A stretch of 64,000 bases of DNA from Ostrea edulis. Lineage: Eukaryota. The stretch covers positions 60,202,001-60,266,000 of the forward strand of contig NC_079164.1 in assembly GCF_947568905.1 (NCBI RefSeq), read 5' to 3'. A program made the translations under genes and the position numbers. The notes beneath the pieces are model-generated. The model was not told where the DNA came from. It saw nothing but the letters and a program-made list of their open reading frames with translations, and ran no database searches. Shown one piece after another: positions 1 to 13,238 of this stretch (the first letter of the stretch is position 1; each line of letters starts with the position of its first letter).

Positions 1-1281
1 TTTCATTGTTTGTTTGAAATGCTTCTAACAAGATGGGTTGAAATCTATTCTCCAATATTCACCCAAAGACACTACCAATAATGATATCTATAGGCCTATT
101 ACATGTCGCTCGTTTATTCTCCCTGCACTGAGCCCCACAACAGAAAGTTTTCATGAAAAGCACATTTTGATATTTAGCCTAATACAAAATTTATATGTAG
201 CTTTCCTTTCTGCATTCATAATTACATGAAAATGATATGTTGAAATGATTACATTATTACTGTAAATTTAGAACGTATGGAATAAAGGAGAGGCTCGCAT
301 TAGGGTTTCCCCAAGACATTTTGTATCGTTTAATGTTAGGCCTAATCGTTTCTAGTCAACCAATTGAATATAAATCATGTAGGTAATTACCAGAATATAT
401 TAAAGTATCGAAAAATAGTCTACGTACCTCTCAAAAGTTATCAGTTACCTAAATTGAAAACAAAATCGAATGAAGGGTTTTTCGCTGGAAATTCTATGAG
501 GGGAATCCCCAAATCTAATAAGTCGTTCGGGAAATGATTCGACACAATCATCGATTCTCTTGAAAAAAAATAATAATATAAGGACGTTAAAAATACATAA
601 TCAGTGTATTTTTTTATGCACTAGAAACAAAACCAGCCATTTAATGTAACCTAAAAATAATTATCAAACCAGGTCAAGTCTGTTATTCTTGTGTTTTTGT
701 TTGTTTGTTTGTTTTTTAAGCAGTCTACTATATAAATGCAATATCACAACGTTTTTTGGTTTTGGTTTTTTGGTTTAAACTTAACCGAGGTGCGATACGT
801 ACGAATGTTCCTCGCCTACCGCACGGTCTAACTTTTCCCCAGAATTTAAGTTAGCTTTAGATACACAGTAGGTTGCGATTTTTTGGATTTGAGTCCCCAG
901 ATCTATAAAGTTCTACAGAATTTTGCTTTTCTATAAAAATTTTCGCTAAACAAGGTTTTGAAAAAATTCACATTGCAATTGCCAAAAAATATTAACTGTG
1001 TCCACACAAAATATACACCTGCTGGATAATGACACCGTTTTCTGGTGCTGCCTCATGGAGAGCCCTGTATAAATACAATTTAAAATATATTAGAGGTTAT
1101 GTGTTTTGTCGAATACAGTGACGAAATTGACAATGATCTATTTGTTCATTTTCTACATTAATTTATTATCTTTAAATTACAAATAATTATACCATTTGGT
1201 ACAATATCACAAGGTTATAATTGTTGTTGCTCGTAGATAAGCCTAAATTAGTTTAAACTTCATTCTAGATAATAATTTATG

Positions 1282-1457
1282 AAAGCCTATAAGTATCATA
1301 TTTTCAAAAAAAATAAATTCACATTTCACTATTTCGTAATTACGAGAAAGATCTTGAGCTCGTTATTACGAGATCATTATTTTAAAATTACTTTTCTCGT
1401 AATTATGAGATAATGGAATGTGAATTTATAATTTTTTACACGATACTAATAGGCTTT
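1282..1457. mobile_element. Small palindromic MITE-like element
   Basis: Imperfect terminal inverted repeats AAAGCCTATAAGTATC...GATACTAATAGGCTTT; inner arms AAATTCACATT/AATGTGAATTT; internal TCGTAATTACGAG repeats. Confidence 0.6.
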
Positions 1458-2566
1458 TGTACTTACAAATGTAGCTGTATTTACCAGATTTTTAAATATA
1501 TTTTTGTACAATACAAAACAGTTCTTCGTTTTTTGCAAGAGTCAATGAACCATCGCCCTCTTAAAAAAAAAAGGCGTATGAATGTCAATAATATATAGAT
1601 TTTATCAGGTCTTAAAAATCTTTTATAGCCTCTTTAAATTTTGGAGAGAAAATTAAATAATGGTGCACATCTTCTACTTTTCCACAAGAACACAATGGAC
1701 TTGCGATAATATCACATAGGTTTGTTAAGAACTAAACATCATTATTCAGTACAAAATTATCACGAAGTCTAGTATGAGTAATATTTAAACGTCTTTCCCC
1801 ATTGTCACATGTACACGTGTAGGTGTCACATGTACACGTGTAGGATAGGATGGTGGCAATTTAGCGTTACGCTGAGTGAGCATTTCTAATATCAATAAAG
1901 AGAGAGTTTTATTCATTAATTACAATGGGATAAAATGTGACTTGTAACATGGCAGACAGCATTTTGGAATACCATATAGTTGTATAAGAACCGTGTTCGG
2001 TGTGCAGATGAATGACTAAACTCTTGTATGCGTGACGTGTTTGTGTGTGTTTTAATATTCGGGCACTAAACTCTTGTATGTGTGACGTGTTTGTGTGCTT
2101 ATGTGTGTTTTAATATTCGGGCACTAAATTCTTGTGTATTTTGAGAATAGCAGATAACATGTTACTTTCCTTTCTTTGATTGAGGTCGTGATAAAGCGCT
2201 TCTCTTTGTGTTATTGTACTAAGGCCAATAACGCATCTGACAACATGAAGTTGTGCAGTTTCTCTAACTTTTAAACATCGTTCCCATACTATAGACGCTT
2301 ACTGGAGTTGAGGTCATATACGAAAACGATGCTGTGGTTTATCCTAAACTTGAGTTTTACTGTTTTTCAAACGTCTGCGATATATTATTTGAAGACAAAC
2401 TCATGCCATTAGACAATCGTAACTAATCGGTTGTTTCCGTAACCGCAGATCCGATTACGGAAAAGGACCAGTGTGATCCGATTGATCACGTCTTAGTGTA
2501 AATGATTTCTAAATAAAAGAATTGATAACGTCTAAGTGTAAATGATTTCTAAGTAAAAGAATTTTA

Positions 2567-2923
2567 TGGCATGTTAAACGTTGCAATATTTGATCTTTTC
2601 CATTTGTATTGTATAATTTTCCATTTGTATTCTATATTTTCCATTTGCATTGTATAATTTTTCATTTGCATTCTATAATTTCCATTTGCATTGTCAATAT
2701 TTTTTTTATTTGTATTCTATATTTTCTATTCATATTGTATAATTTACCATTTGTATTCTATATTTTCCATTTGTATTATATAGTTTTTTTTCGCTTGTAT
2801 TGTATAATTTCCATTTAAGTACAAATGAAAAATTATACAATACAAATGGAAAATATAGAATGCAAATGGAAAATTATACAATACAAATGGAAAAGATCAA
2901 ATATTGCAACGTTTGACATGCCA
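2567..2923. mobile_element. Foldback/MITE with long TIRs built of short subrepeats
   Basis: TGGCATGTTAAACGTTGCAATATTTGATCTTTTCCATTTGTATTGTATAATTTT... mirrored at about 2820-2923; TA on both flanks. Confidence 0.75.
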
Positions 2924-3480
2924 TAGTATTTTTTCTTGTACTGTATATATTACATTTGTTTTATAAGAATTACGGTAGCTCCACCCTCATGTGACTAATC
3001 AAGTGTATTATACCAATCTATTCGGGTGTATACAAAAAGAACATTAAGCCATTGGCGGTTATGCGTCGAAATCACGAAGCTATCCTTTATATTTCAGATT
3101 TGTGTTGTTCCATAATGGTTGTTGTAAAATATCATTAGGTAATCTTTTATCAAAGTTAAGTTCGCCTTTACATTCATTAAAGCAACACAACATTTCTTTA
3201 TAAAATAGTGGTAATTTAGTTTTGTTTAAATTATCCACATCAGTAGTTGAACATTTTAACATATAGTATATATCAAAGTTAAGTTTTCTACAATAATTAT
3301 TTAAAATTTCAAGTAAGACTCCTTTTGAATTTAATAATCTCGGTAGCCATGCTGCCTTTAATGCTTTTAATTTGCATTCTACATCTATACTATTGAAAGA
3401 CCGCCTCTTGTTACATCTCCAACCAAAGTGTTTCGTTTGATTTTTTTTTTTTTTAATCCAAAATGAAGTTAAAGATTAAT

Positions 3481-4465
3481 CGTAATCAGGGCTCAAAATT
3501 AGCGAGAAATACTCGCAAATTGCGAGTACATTTGAAAAATAGCGAGTAAAAATAGTGGACACTCGAAAATCTTAGCGAGTGGTGATTTACAAACTATGAT
3601 CGTATCGTATTCGTTTTTTACGGTGATGCGCTATAAGCTTTTCTTATACCTGCACTCTGAATCATTCAAATGCTTACATGAACGACCGATTTCAACAACC
3701 GTTTCTATCCGGATTTTTCTTTTACGATTTTTTAAGTAACTCGGAGTCAAACAAATGCTTTAGTGATAGGACATTGCATTCAATCGCTTCCCAGAGTTGT
3801 TGTTCCTTGCTCTCACTTACACCTCTGTTAACGTCTCAAAACAAGCAATGTTATTCCACGTGTAAATCTTTTTTTTTTTTTACGGCTAATAAAACTAAGA
3901 ACTATTTTATAAAATATAGGGAAAATGTAGGACAAGCAAATATTTGTATATTTTTTCCATTACTATATATTCTTCATGCACCGATGTATAGGCCTGGTGC
4001 AATACTGCCAATAGAACTACCCAATATCTACGTTTCAACCCAAATCAATGCTTCTTGTGTCACAAAAAGACTTGACATCTGCTCAATATTTATTTATTTA
4101 CGTATATATTTGTAACTGAAGTCTAAACCATACTTTATTTGAGCATACGTGCCATTTTACAAAAATCTTGTAAAACCCTCGAGACGTTTACAGAGGTGTA
4201 AGTGAGTGTAAGGAACGATAACTCTGGGTAGAGATTGCATCGCATTATGATGAAAAATATAGACATGTTCACCTATAGGGGTGATTAAATTGAATTCCAA
4301 GTATAAGGTTTTTGTTATAAATTCATTTATCTCAACAACAAAAATCTGAGTCTATGTTTTACCAAGTCTTCCGGTAGTTATTTTCATCAGAATCATGAGA
4401 ATGTCCTATCTAAATTGATTTATTGTCATATTGAGGTCGGGTTGTAGTGATGACACGAGTGCTAC
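3481..4465. mobile_element. About 1-kb insertion in the L1 C-terminal region, starting with a hAT-like terminus
   Basis: L1 frame (KVQRI...FNFI...KRNTLVGDVTRGG) resumes across it; begins CAGGGCTC followed by TAGCGAGT/ACTCGC subterminal repeats; no matching right TIR seen. Confidence 0.5.
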
Positions 4466-5973
4466 GATTCGTTGTACTTTTTTCATAAAGTCTTTATCAG
4501 GAAGACATAGAATTGACGATACATATGTTAATTTTGAAATGACAAGTGTATTTATTATGCATGCTTTGCCAAAAAATGTTAATTTTCTTCTTTTCCAGGA
4601 TTCAAACAGTTTCTCCATTTCATTATAATTATATTCTCATCCAATTTTTATTGTAACATTCTTCTTTATCGTGACCTTAAAAAAAATGCCTAGACACTTG
4701 ACCGCTTTAATTGTAACTCTAATACCAAAAAGTTCTTCAAACTGATTTTTCAATCTTCCAAGCAAAATACATTCAGTTTTGTTGATATAAATTTTAAAGC
4801 CAACACTTTCACAGAATTTATTTATTTCATCTAGGGCATTTGTCATAGAAATTTCATTATTTACCGCAACTGTGAAATCGTCTGCGTGCTGTATACTCTT
4901 TATTTCAAAATTATCTATCACAACACCGTTAATGCTGTTATTGTTTTTTATTCTAATCGCTAAGATTTCTGCTACTAAAAGAAAAGGGAGAGCTGATAGG
5001 GGACACCCTTGTCTAATCCCCCTTGTCATCGAACATATTTTAGAAAGCCATCCATTATTTTTCATTTTAAAGATTGGTTCTGTATATAGAATTTTAGTCC
5101 ATTTGATAAAATTATTTCCTATATTAAATTTATTCAACATTTTAAAAAGAAAATTCCATTCCACAGAATCGAATGCTTTTTCAAAATCTAATAATAGTAA
5201 TATTCCTTCCAAATTTTCAGTTTCACAATATTCAAATATGTCTAGTAGGAGTCTTGCATTCCCCCAATATAACGTCCTTTTATATAAGCAGTTTGGTTTT
5301 CATTAATTATACCTGATTAAAAAAAATGCAGTCTTTTAGCAAAAATAATGGCAATTATTTTATATTCAGTGTTTGTCAAACTTATCGGTCTATAATTTTT
5401 TAGTTGATTCTTTGCTCCCTTTTTAAAAACCAATGATATTACTCATAATCTTTGAGTATGTGTCATTGTTTCATTGTTAAAAATCTCTTTTAGAGCATCA
5501 TAAAAATACGGCCCAATTTCATTCCAGAAAATTTGGTAAAATTCATTAGGCAAACCATCGGGACCAGGTGATTTATCACTTTTCATATTAGAAACCGCCT
5601 CCGTACATTTTTCGAAAGTTGGGAAAAGTTCCAACATGTCTTTATTTTCATCACTTGATAGTGTTATATTTACCTCCGACAAATAACTGTCAATGATTTC
5701 ATCATCTAACTCTTTACTAGCATATAAATTTTGATAAAAGTGAACCATTTCCCCCAATATTTTGTTAGGTTTGTTTATCTTTTTATTGTTTGAGTTTAGA
5801 ATTTCTGTAATGACATTTGAGGATTGATGCTGTTTTTCTAAGTTTATGAAATAAGAAGTACTTTTCTCTCCATTTAGCTTTTGATCTTATTTGTGCGCCT
5901 TTAGATTTTCTATCATAAATACAATCTAACTCTGCTTCTAGAGTTTTAAGTTTTTTGTAATTTAAGTCTTCTG

Positions 5974-7440
5974 GGTCCAGTTTCATAAAACTTTCCTAAG
6001 ATATATCTTAAGATATGTCGTAAGATATTCTTAAGTTCTAACTTACGAATTTCCTAAGAATATCCACAACTGTTTCACGAAACGTTCATAAAATATCTTT
6101 TCCTAAGATATATCTTAAATATGTGTAAATCAAAACAGGTGATCAGTGTTTTCAGATTTTGCATTAACAGTTTAAATACCGGTAGTGAATAAATGGCTTG
6201 TGTAAATTAATCATTAAAAAATGATAATTGATAGAAAACCTTATTAGATACACACTATACAAGCAATTAAGTTTGACATTGGTACATAGTTTCAGAGAGG
6301 GGGAAGGGGGGGGGGGCTGTCACCTGTTTCAGCCCGATATTGCAACTACATGTAGAAATTCAACACATTTCCAATAATTGACAGTCTGTCATGTTTCAAT
6401 GATTTTATTGTTCAACTCACTATCCAATTCAACGAATAAATCGAGCCCCACAACCCATGCCGTGCTCGAAATGTAAACATGTCGCAGTCAAAAAGAAATC
6501 AAAATATCTCAACGGCAGAAATATAAATCTTAACTGAGGAGGTAGAAAAAAGAAAAGAAGTGTTATATCCAAACAGTACTCCAGCGTGATAAATTCAGCT
6601 AAAAAAATACAATGGGAAGAAATTACAGCAAAGGTAAACGTAGTTAATACCTCCCAAGAAAGGACAGTTGATGAGCTAAAAAAAAAAAATGGAGCTGCTT
6701 AACGAGCGATACGAAAAGAGAGATGGCGTTGAATAGACGAGAACAGCGAAAAACTGGCGGTGGCCCCCTGCCCAGAGAAGTAGAAATCACTCAAATAGAG
6801 GATAAAATCCAAGCTATAATTGGAAACACGTGCGTTTCTGGGATTTCGGGTGGGGTTGATACTTTCGATAAGGAACCTTCAAGTTCCACTAAGCCCTCTG
6901 CATCTCCTTCAGACATCTTGACGTAGTTAGGGCTCATGTTTGAAAGTAAAGAAGAAACATCTCTAACTATTCTGGAAACGTTAGACTTACTGATGCCGTG
7001 GAGATCAGCAGTCACCAATTGGAAATTCCCTGTGGCATAAAACCTGAGGACAGCCATGACTTTTAACGATGTTGGCAATGATTGGGAACTACGAGTGTGT
7101 CTTTTCAAATCGTTTTCCATTATTTGGCATAAGTCGATGATCAAATGAAGTGGTAGTTTAAATTTTGAAACAATCTCCATGTCGTTCATATAATCTAAAG
7201 GATTCTTTCCATATCTGAATTGTCTTTCTCGTCTAAGTTGACGATGACACAGCAAAATAAAGGCCGCCGCCATATTTAGTTTGGACTTAAGACACCTACT
7301 TACCTGTCGTAAAGTTACGAAAGAACTTATGAAAATCCTAAGATACGACATTTTTTGTGAAACGGATAAGGAATGAACTTAGGAAAAATTTATGTCTTAA
7401 GTTAGATCTTAGTCGTAAGTTAGTTTTGTGAAACTGGCCC
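5974..7440. mobile_element. Internally deleted PIF/Harbinger transposon (Myb/SANT-like ORF on +, HARBI1-like nuclease N-terminus on -)
   Basis: TIRs GG(T/G)CCAGTTTCA(T/C)AAAA; 3-bp CTG/CAG flanks whose removal restores the L1 frame (ETGRPEDLNYKK); Myb-like remnant from ATG 6479 (WEEITAKVN...RRKTGGG-like); nuclease motif LRFYATGNFQ...HGISKS. Confidence 0.9.
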
Positions 7441-8759
7441 CAGGTCTCCCAGTTTCTAATTTTTCAATTTCTTGCTCTATTGCTTTAATCCTTCTTTAAA
7501 CCGATCTTTGTTTGAATATTGAAAAATTTATCGAAAATTCTTTTACTGCGCGTTTAATTTGTTCCCATTTATCAACTGGGTTTAATGAATTGTCAATGTT
7601 GTTAATGACGTTTTTAATTCCGTTTTTATATTTCTCATCTTGTAAGTGTGATACGTTAAATTTCCAGTACCCTGGTCCTCTCTTATCGTTTGAAATTATA
7701 AAGTGAAATTTTAAAAATCTATGATCAGACATTCGAGATCCCTTGGAGTGAGTGCCTGGAATTTTTCTTATTATCATTCCGCTAAATTTGGGACAAAAGT
7801 TATCATTAATGAAAACATAATCTATCCGACTTTTTGGATTATTATCAGCATCACATCATGTTAGACCACATATGTCGGAATCATTCCTTTTCCAGAAATC
7901 AATTAAATCAAAACTATTTACTATATTATTAAGCGAATCTATACTTTTGTCATGTTTATCATTTAATTGACAGTTGAAATCTCCACAGAGAATTGTGTTT
8001 TCGTTTAAACAATTTTTTGAAATAAAACTTTTCAAATTCTTGAAAAAATCACATCTTTTACAGCTCGTATTGGGAGCGTATATATTAACAATAGAAAATA
8101 TACGACCCTTTGTATCAACATTTAAAAGAATTTTTCTACCATCTAAAGACCTTTTAACATTCAAAACTTCAATATCAAGATTTTCTCTAAATAAAATTGA
8201 GACACCTTTACTAAATACTGAGTCGCTGTAGTTATGGAATGATTTTCCAAGGTTATATTTACTTTCATACTTTTTAACAAAGTGTGTTTCTTGTAAAACT
8301 AAGTGTGACCATAGTTAATAATACCGTTGGTAGGGGATGTGAGCTGTCGCCAGCTGGAGCTGTTACTGTGTCGTCAGCAATAACAACAGGTGACTCCGTT
8401 CAAATTCTTGGAAAATGTAACTTGAATTTTGAAATTGGTCATGAAACTAAGGCTAAATTTGATGCTTATGTCGCAAAACGTTTCCCATATGAATGTATTT
8501 TGGGTCTTGATATTTAAAAAAAAACTTTACTTGTTTTATTGATGTTGCAAATAAATCTGTGCATTTGAACAATGAATGTATATCATTTGAAACGAAAGAA
8601 AGTAAGAAAAATCAATATATGCACCCAAGGGTGCATGAGCCGAGTTGTATGGGATACATTGTAAAGTCAGGAATGATGTGGCATATTTATAATTGCAAAG
8701 AACTAATTGTTGGATATAATGTAATAAAATCTTGTGAATATATTTTAAAAGGAGTTTGG

Positions 8760-9495
8760 AGTTAAACTTTTCGAGTTACTGTCCAGAAACCATATTTGTC
8801 TGAAGTTTTCAGTCTATTTTCGGTTACCGTGACCTTGACCTTTGACATTTTTTCTCCAAAATCAACAGTGGCTTTGCTTTGCTGGTATCCAACAATATAT
8901 CCAAGTTTCATTTGATTCAAATTAAAAAAAATTCGAGTTATCCTCCTGAAACCAATTTTTTTTTTTAATTTTACATCTATTTTCGATCACTGTGACCTTG
9001 ACCTTTGACCTATTTTCTCCAAAATCAATAGTGTTCTTCCTTACGTGGTACATAACAATATCTTTAAGTATCATTTGATTCGGATTTAAACTTTGTGAGT
9101 TATTATCCGAAAACCAAATTTTTCTGAAATTTTCATTCTATTTTCGGTCACTGTGACCTTGACCTTTGACCATTTTTCTCCAAAATCAATAGGGGTCTTC
9201 CTTACCTGGTACCCAACAATATATCAAAGTTTCATTTGATTAGATTGTAAAAGTTTTGAGTTATCATCCGGAAACCAAATTTTTCTGAAATTTTCATTCT
9301 ATTTTTGGTCACTGTGACCTTAACCTTTGACCATTTTTCTCCAAAATTAATAGGGGTCTTTCTTACCTGGCACCCAACAATATATCAAAGTTTCATTTGA
9401 TTAGATTGTAAACTTTTCGAATTATCATCCGGAAACCCGCCCGGCCGCATCACCAAACCAATAGCCAAATTCAACTTCGTTGCAACTCGGCTAAC
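8760..9495 (+). mobile_element. Non-autonomous Helentron-type (HINE-like) element with about 4-5 tandem ~146-bp core monomers
   Basis: Repeated GTGACCTTGACCTTTGACC...CCAAAATCAATAG monomers; terminal hairpin TAGCCAAATTCAAC..GTTGCAACTCGGCTA. Confidence 0.7.
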
Positions 9496-10035
9496 AGTGA
9501 GGTTGCAGAAGAATCGAGTCAGTATGAAGGGTTGAATGGCATTAATGTATGTGAGTATGGTGGATCTGAGAGCAAGGATAAGGTAGATTTCTATGTATCC
9601 CCCACACTAAATGAAATAGAACGTATTTCAATCACTAATTAATGTGTTGCAGAAGTGCTTTTAATGACAATGAGTTAATGTAGAACAAATATTGTAGAAC
9701 GCTGTATTGACACATATGAGAGTAAACCCATACATGTGAGACCATACAGGATTCCACAGAGCCAAATGCAACTTGTAGAAAAACAAATTGAAGTGATGCG
9801 TGAAAATGGGATCATTCGCCCATCTAAAAGCCCATACTCTGCGCCAATCGTCCTTGTACCTAAGCGTGACGGAAAAAATCGCATTGACTTCCGTCGAATA
9901 AATGAAGTGACGAAAAAGGACGTTTACCCACTTCCCCGTATCGACGACATGTTAGACGCGCTTAACAAGTCCAAATATTTCAGTGTTCTGGATTTATGTC
10001 AGGAATACCACCAAGTTCCGATTAAAGAATCAGAC

Positions 10036-10351
10036 CAGGGCCGTAAATTAACCTTCAATTTGGAGGAGGCAGGAAATTAGGCGGGGGTCTGGGGGCCGCC
10101 CAGACGCTGAGCACATTTTGTGCACACTGAACACGTTTCGTGCAAAATCCTTGATTCTAGGGCCTTCTAAGATGTTACTTGACTAACTCATTCTAAAAGA
10201 AAGATTTGGAAAGCTTTTTAAGGGAAGTAGCATGTTCTTAGTTATTGGAAACAACATAAATTCTAATGAACTTTAAATTTTAATTTTTTTTTTGGCTCAA
10301 AAGTTGGAGGAGGCAGCTGCCTCCTCCGCCTCCATGTAATTTACGGCCCTG
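10036..10351. mobile_element. MITE with CAGGG TIRs and 5-bp TSD (hAT5-like)
   Basis: TIR CAGGGCCGTAAATTA/TAATTTACGGCCCTG; CAGAC duplicated on both sides; removal restores Gypsy RT frame ESDKEKTAF. Confidence 0.85.
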
Positions 10352-10534
10352 CAGACAAAGAGAAGACTGCTTTTTCCTTCTTCGGTGGGCACTATGAATA
10401 CAATTATCTGACGTTTGGTCTCTGTAACAGTGCTCCTACATTTCAGAGACTCGTGGACTCTGGTTTAAGTGAATTACTGTGGAATACATGTTTGGTATAT
10501 ATTGATGACATAATTGTTTTCTCGGAAACTCTTG

Positions 10535-12098
10535 GTCAAAGAATTAGATAGGTCACGTGAGGAATATGTTTCGGTTTCAGCTGACAAAGCTTGTAACAAC
10601 GTTAACATTGCTTTTGTTGCAATTGTTTTTTAAATGAACTTGGCATTAATTCAACATTTGGTAATCGTACTTATACTCCAACTGCCCTTTCAAAAGATGA
10701 AATTATTCAAAATCAGGCTTCAGTTTTAGACACATTTTAATATCCCAGTCAATGGGATGGATGAATATGAGTTACCATACCTATACTGGATTCCTAAACT
10801 TCACAGAAACTCTTACAAATAAAGATACATTTCTTGATCCAGTAAATGTTCTACCAAGTCCCTGTTTTTGCTCCTCACGAAAATATAAACAGCTGTGAAG
10901 GAGATACTTCAAACGTACTGTGCCACGACATATGCCAGAGGTGGTGTAAATTAAAATTGAATTCTTAAAAATTCTGAAGAACGTTTATTAGGTTTGATAT
11001 AACAAAACTTTTCTCAAATCAACAACATCAAAACGTGTGACTTTTCAACACTTTAGTCGACCATTCCTCACGATAAATTAAAGACGGGTCTTTTTAACAT
11101 CAGAGACAGTTGTTTCGTTAACAAAAAATTGAAAAATCTAGAAATCAATCATAAAAAATTACTTTGTTAAACATCATTCTGATTCCACGCACATGTACTC
11201 TGAAGTTGAAATAAAAAATATGCTGGAGTTCCTCATTGACAATATCTTCGTAGTCTTTGGTGATCAGGTCTTCCAACAAACAATCCGTTGGATTTCCCAT
11301 GGACACGCATTGTGCTCCTTCATTAGCTGATATGTGTTTATGTTCTTATGAGACAGAATTTACTCAAAAGCTTTTACACGAGAAAAAAAATGTTATTGCT
11401 GTGGACTATTAAATATATCGACGACGTTTTATCTATCAACAATAATAATCATATTCATTCATACATTCATATATCGATTCGATATATCCCAGTGAAATCA
11501 AAATAAAAGACACCACAGAGTCTTCCACATCTGCTTCGTACTTGGATATTTTGTTGAAAATAGATATTGACGACAAACCAACAACTCAACTTTATGACAA
11601 ACGAGATGACTTCAGGTTCTCCATCGTCAACTTCCCATATATATGTAGCAATGTTCCATTATCACTTGCATATTGTGTTTATGTCTCTCAACTGATCATT
11701 ACGCAAGAGCTTCTACTGTGTATGAGAAGTTTTTAAACCGACGCAGGCTACTGACAAACAAGTTGATATTGCAGGGGTTTTAACAGTTAGTCTCTTTTAA
11801 AGTTAGCATTTCACAAATTCTGTGGTCGTTATAAACGTTCTAGTTTGCCAATTCATCATTGGGCCAAATGCTGTCTGACAAGTTTCATACCAATTGTTAG
11901 CGGTCCTTTACACACTCATTTTGACTAAGGATTACTCCATTTATATATCAAGATATAGGGCTCTTGGACGGTATGACCGGTCTACAGGGGATCCTTACTC
12001 CTCCTAGGCACCTGCTCCCACTTCTGGTGTGTGTTTGCCCAGCTCTCTATTTTGTATTCTTTATAGATTGATTACTGTTCGTTATCTTCACCTTTTCA
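10535..12098 (+). mobile_element. 5'-truncated Penelope-like element RT (probably Naiad-type), degenerate
   Basis: Motifs YLYWIPKLH, DFSTL, IDNIFVVFGDQVFQQ, YIDDVLSINN, QLYDKRDDF.FSIVNFP, SQLI; coding region ends after RT without a downstream GIY-YIG. Confidence 0.8.
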
Positions 12099-12604
12099 TG
12101 GATGTCTTGTTGAGGGAGGCTTAAAGATGTACGAAAATTCTATAAATTCTTAACAAAAGGAAAGTTTTACTTTTATATAACATTGAACTGATTTGATATA
12201 TTTTGCATAAACTCTTGCAAAAGTACAATTTATTCTTTGATGTTACATTTTAAAAAAATTAAAATATGTGAGATTTACAGATTAGACCGTGTATCGAATA
12301 CGTTACCCTGAATAGATACATGTAAGAGAATTTAAAAGACTAGGTAAATCTATTGCTGACCTTCCTCTATTCATTTGTTACAAAACAAAGTATGTCACAG
12401 CTTGATGAGAGCTGATACTACCTTAAGTAAAGTTTTACAACTCCTAGCATTTTTTGCCATGTTTGCTAATCAATTTCAGAAAACAAACACCTTGGTATCA
12501 ATAATAAAAACATCCTATATAACCTTCTCATGGGCGTCTTATGTACAATTTACAGTGCTCTTGTTGTAAAAGAGGGTCAGCAATGACGAAAGTTGAACTT
12601 TCCA

Positions 12605-12958
12605 ATAGAAACCTACACAACGGGCCTTAACGGTCACCTGAGTATCATAGCCCATAAAGGGAATCTCATATTTGCATTTTAGTCTCAATATGAAGTCCTT
12701 TGTGCATATCTTTATGATCTTCCAAAAATATACACACAAATCCTATTCATTTACAGAAGAAGGGAACATTAAAGTTTGAAACATATAAATCATTTTGACA
12801 TCCCCTAACGCACCCCCCCCCCCTAAAAAAACCCTGACTGAATTGGCCAAGTAATTTAAGAGAAGAAGCTGAAAATGTTCAAATGTTAATGCATGACAGA
12901 CGACGACGGACAAAAACGGATAGCAATATGTCACCTGAGTGACTCAGGTGACCTAAAA
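12605..12958 (+). mobile_element. Short Helentron-type non-autonomous element
   Basis: 5' subterminal GGTCACCTGAGT; GACAGACGACGACGGAC microsatellite; 3' hairpin GTCACCTGAGTGACTCAGGTGAC. Confidence 0.65.
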
Positions 12959-13238
12959 GTACAACAAAGAAAGTCAGATTAACGTACTTGTACAAACACA
13001 GACCAGACATGCAACGATTCCTATTTCATTGGTGTGTGACTAGTAAGATACACCACACAAAATCTACAGAGAGGTGATGACTGCCTGTTAGATACAGTAC
13101 TTACAACTACTACACGTAGTAGCGCCCTCCATGTAGATAATGTATCTCAAACCAAATATCACATCAAATGCTTTTATATTTACATACTTTGTGTATAATG
13201 CAGTTCATCATAATTTGATGGCTGAAAGTCATACGTCA

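Larger units (their letters stand above)
3080..8280 (-). mobile_element. Degenerate L1/Tx1-clade non-LTR retrotransposon ORF2 (APE endonuclease + RT), interrupted by insertions
   Basis: Endonuclease motifs (VNIYAPN, ILCGDFNC, RIDYVFI-like, SDH) at 7443-8280; RT motifs KSPGPDGLPNEFY, LLDFEKAFDSVEW, GIRQGCPLS, IQHADD at 4637-5757; C-terminal WKRRKLTFFGK, GGL, QPLWNN at 3080-4618; multiple frameshifts. Confidence 0.92.
8284..12126 (+). mobile_element. Degenerate Ty3/Gypsy pol (protease + RT) broken by three insertions
   Basis: Protease-like segment ending ECILGLDI; RT motifs PYRIP, IIRPSKSPYSAPIVLVPK, DFRRIN, YPLPRIDD, YFSVLDL, KTAF, FGLCN, YIDDIIVFS; short LREAGLK-like remnant after 12098. Confidence 0.88.

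Noticed and set aside
2185-2215. Hammerhead-like TGATTGA...AAAGCGCTT
   Set aside because: Core nucleotides are not intact
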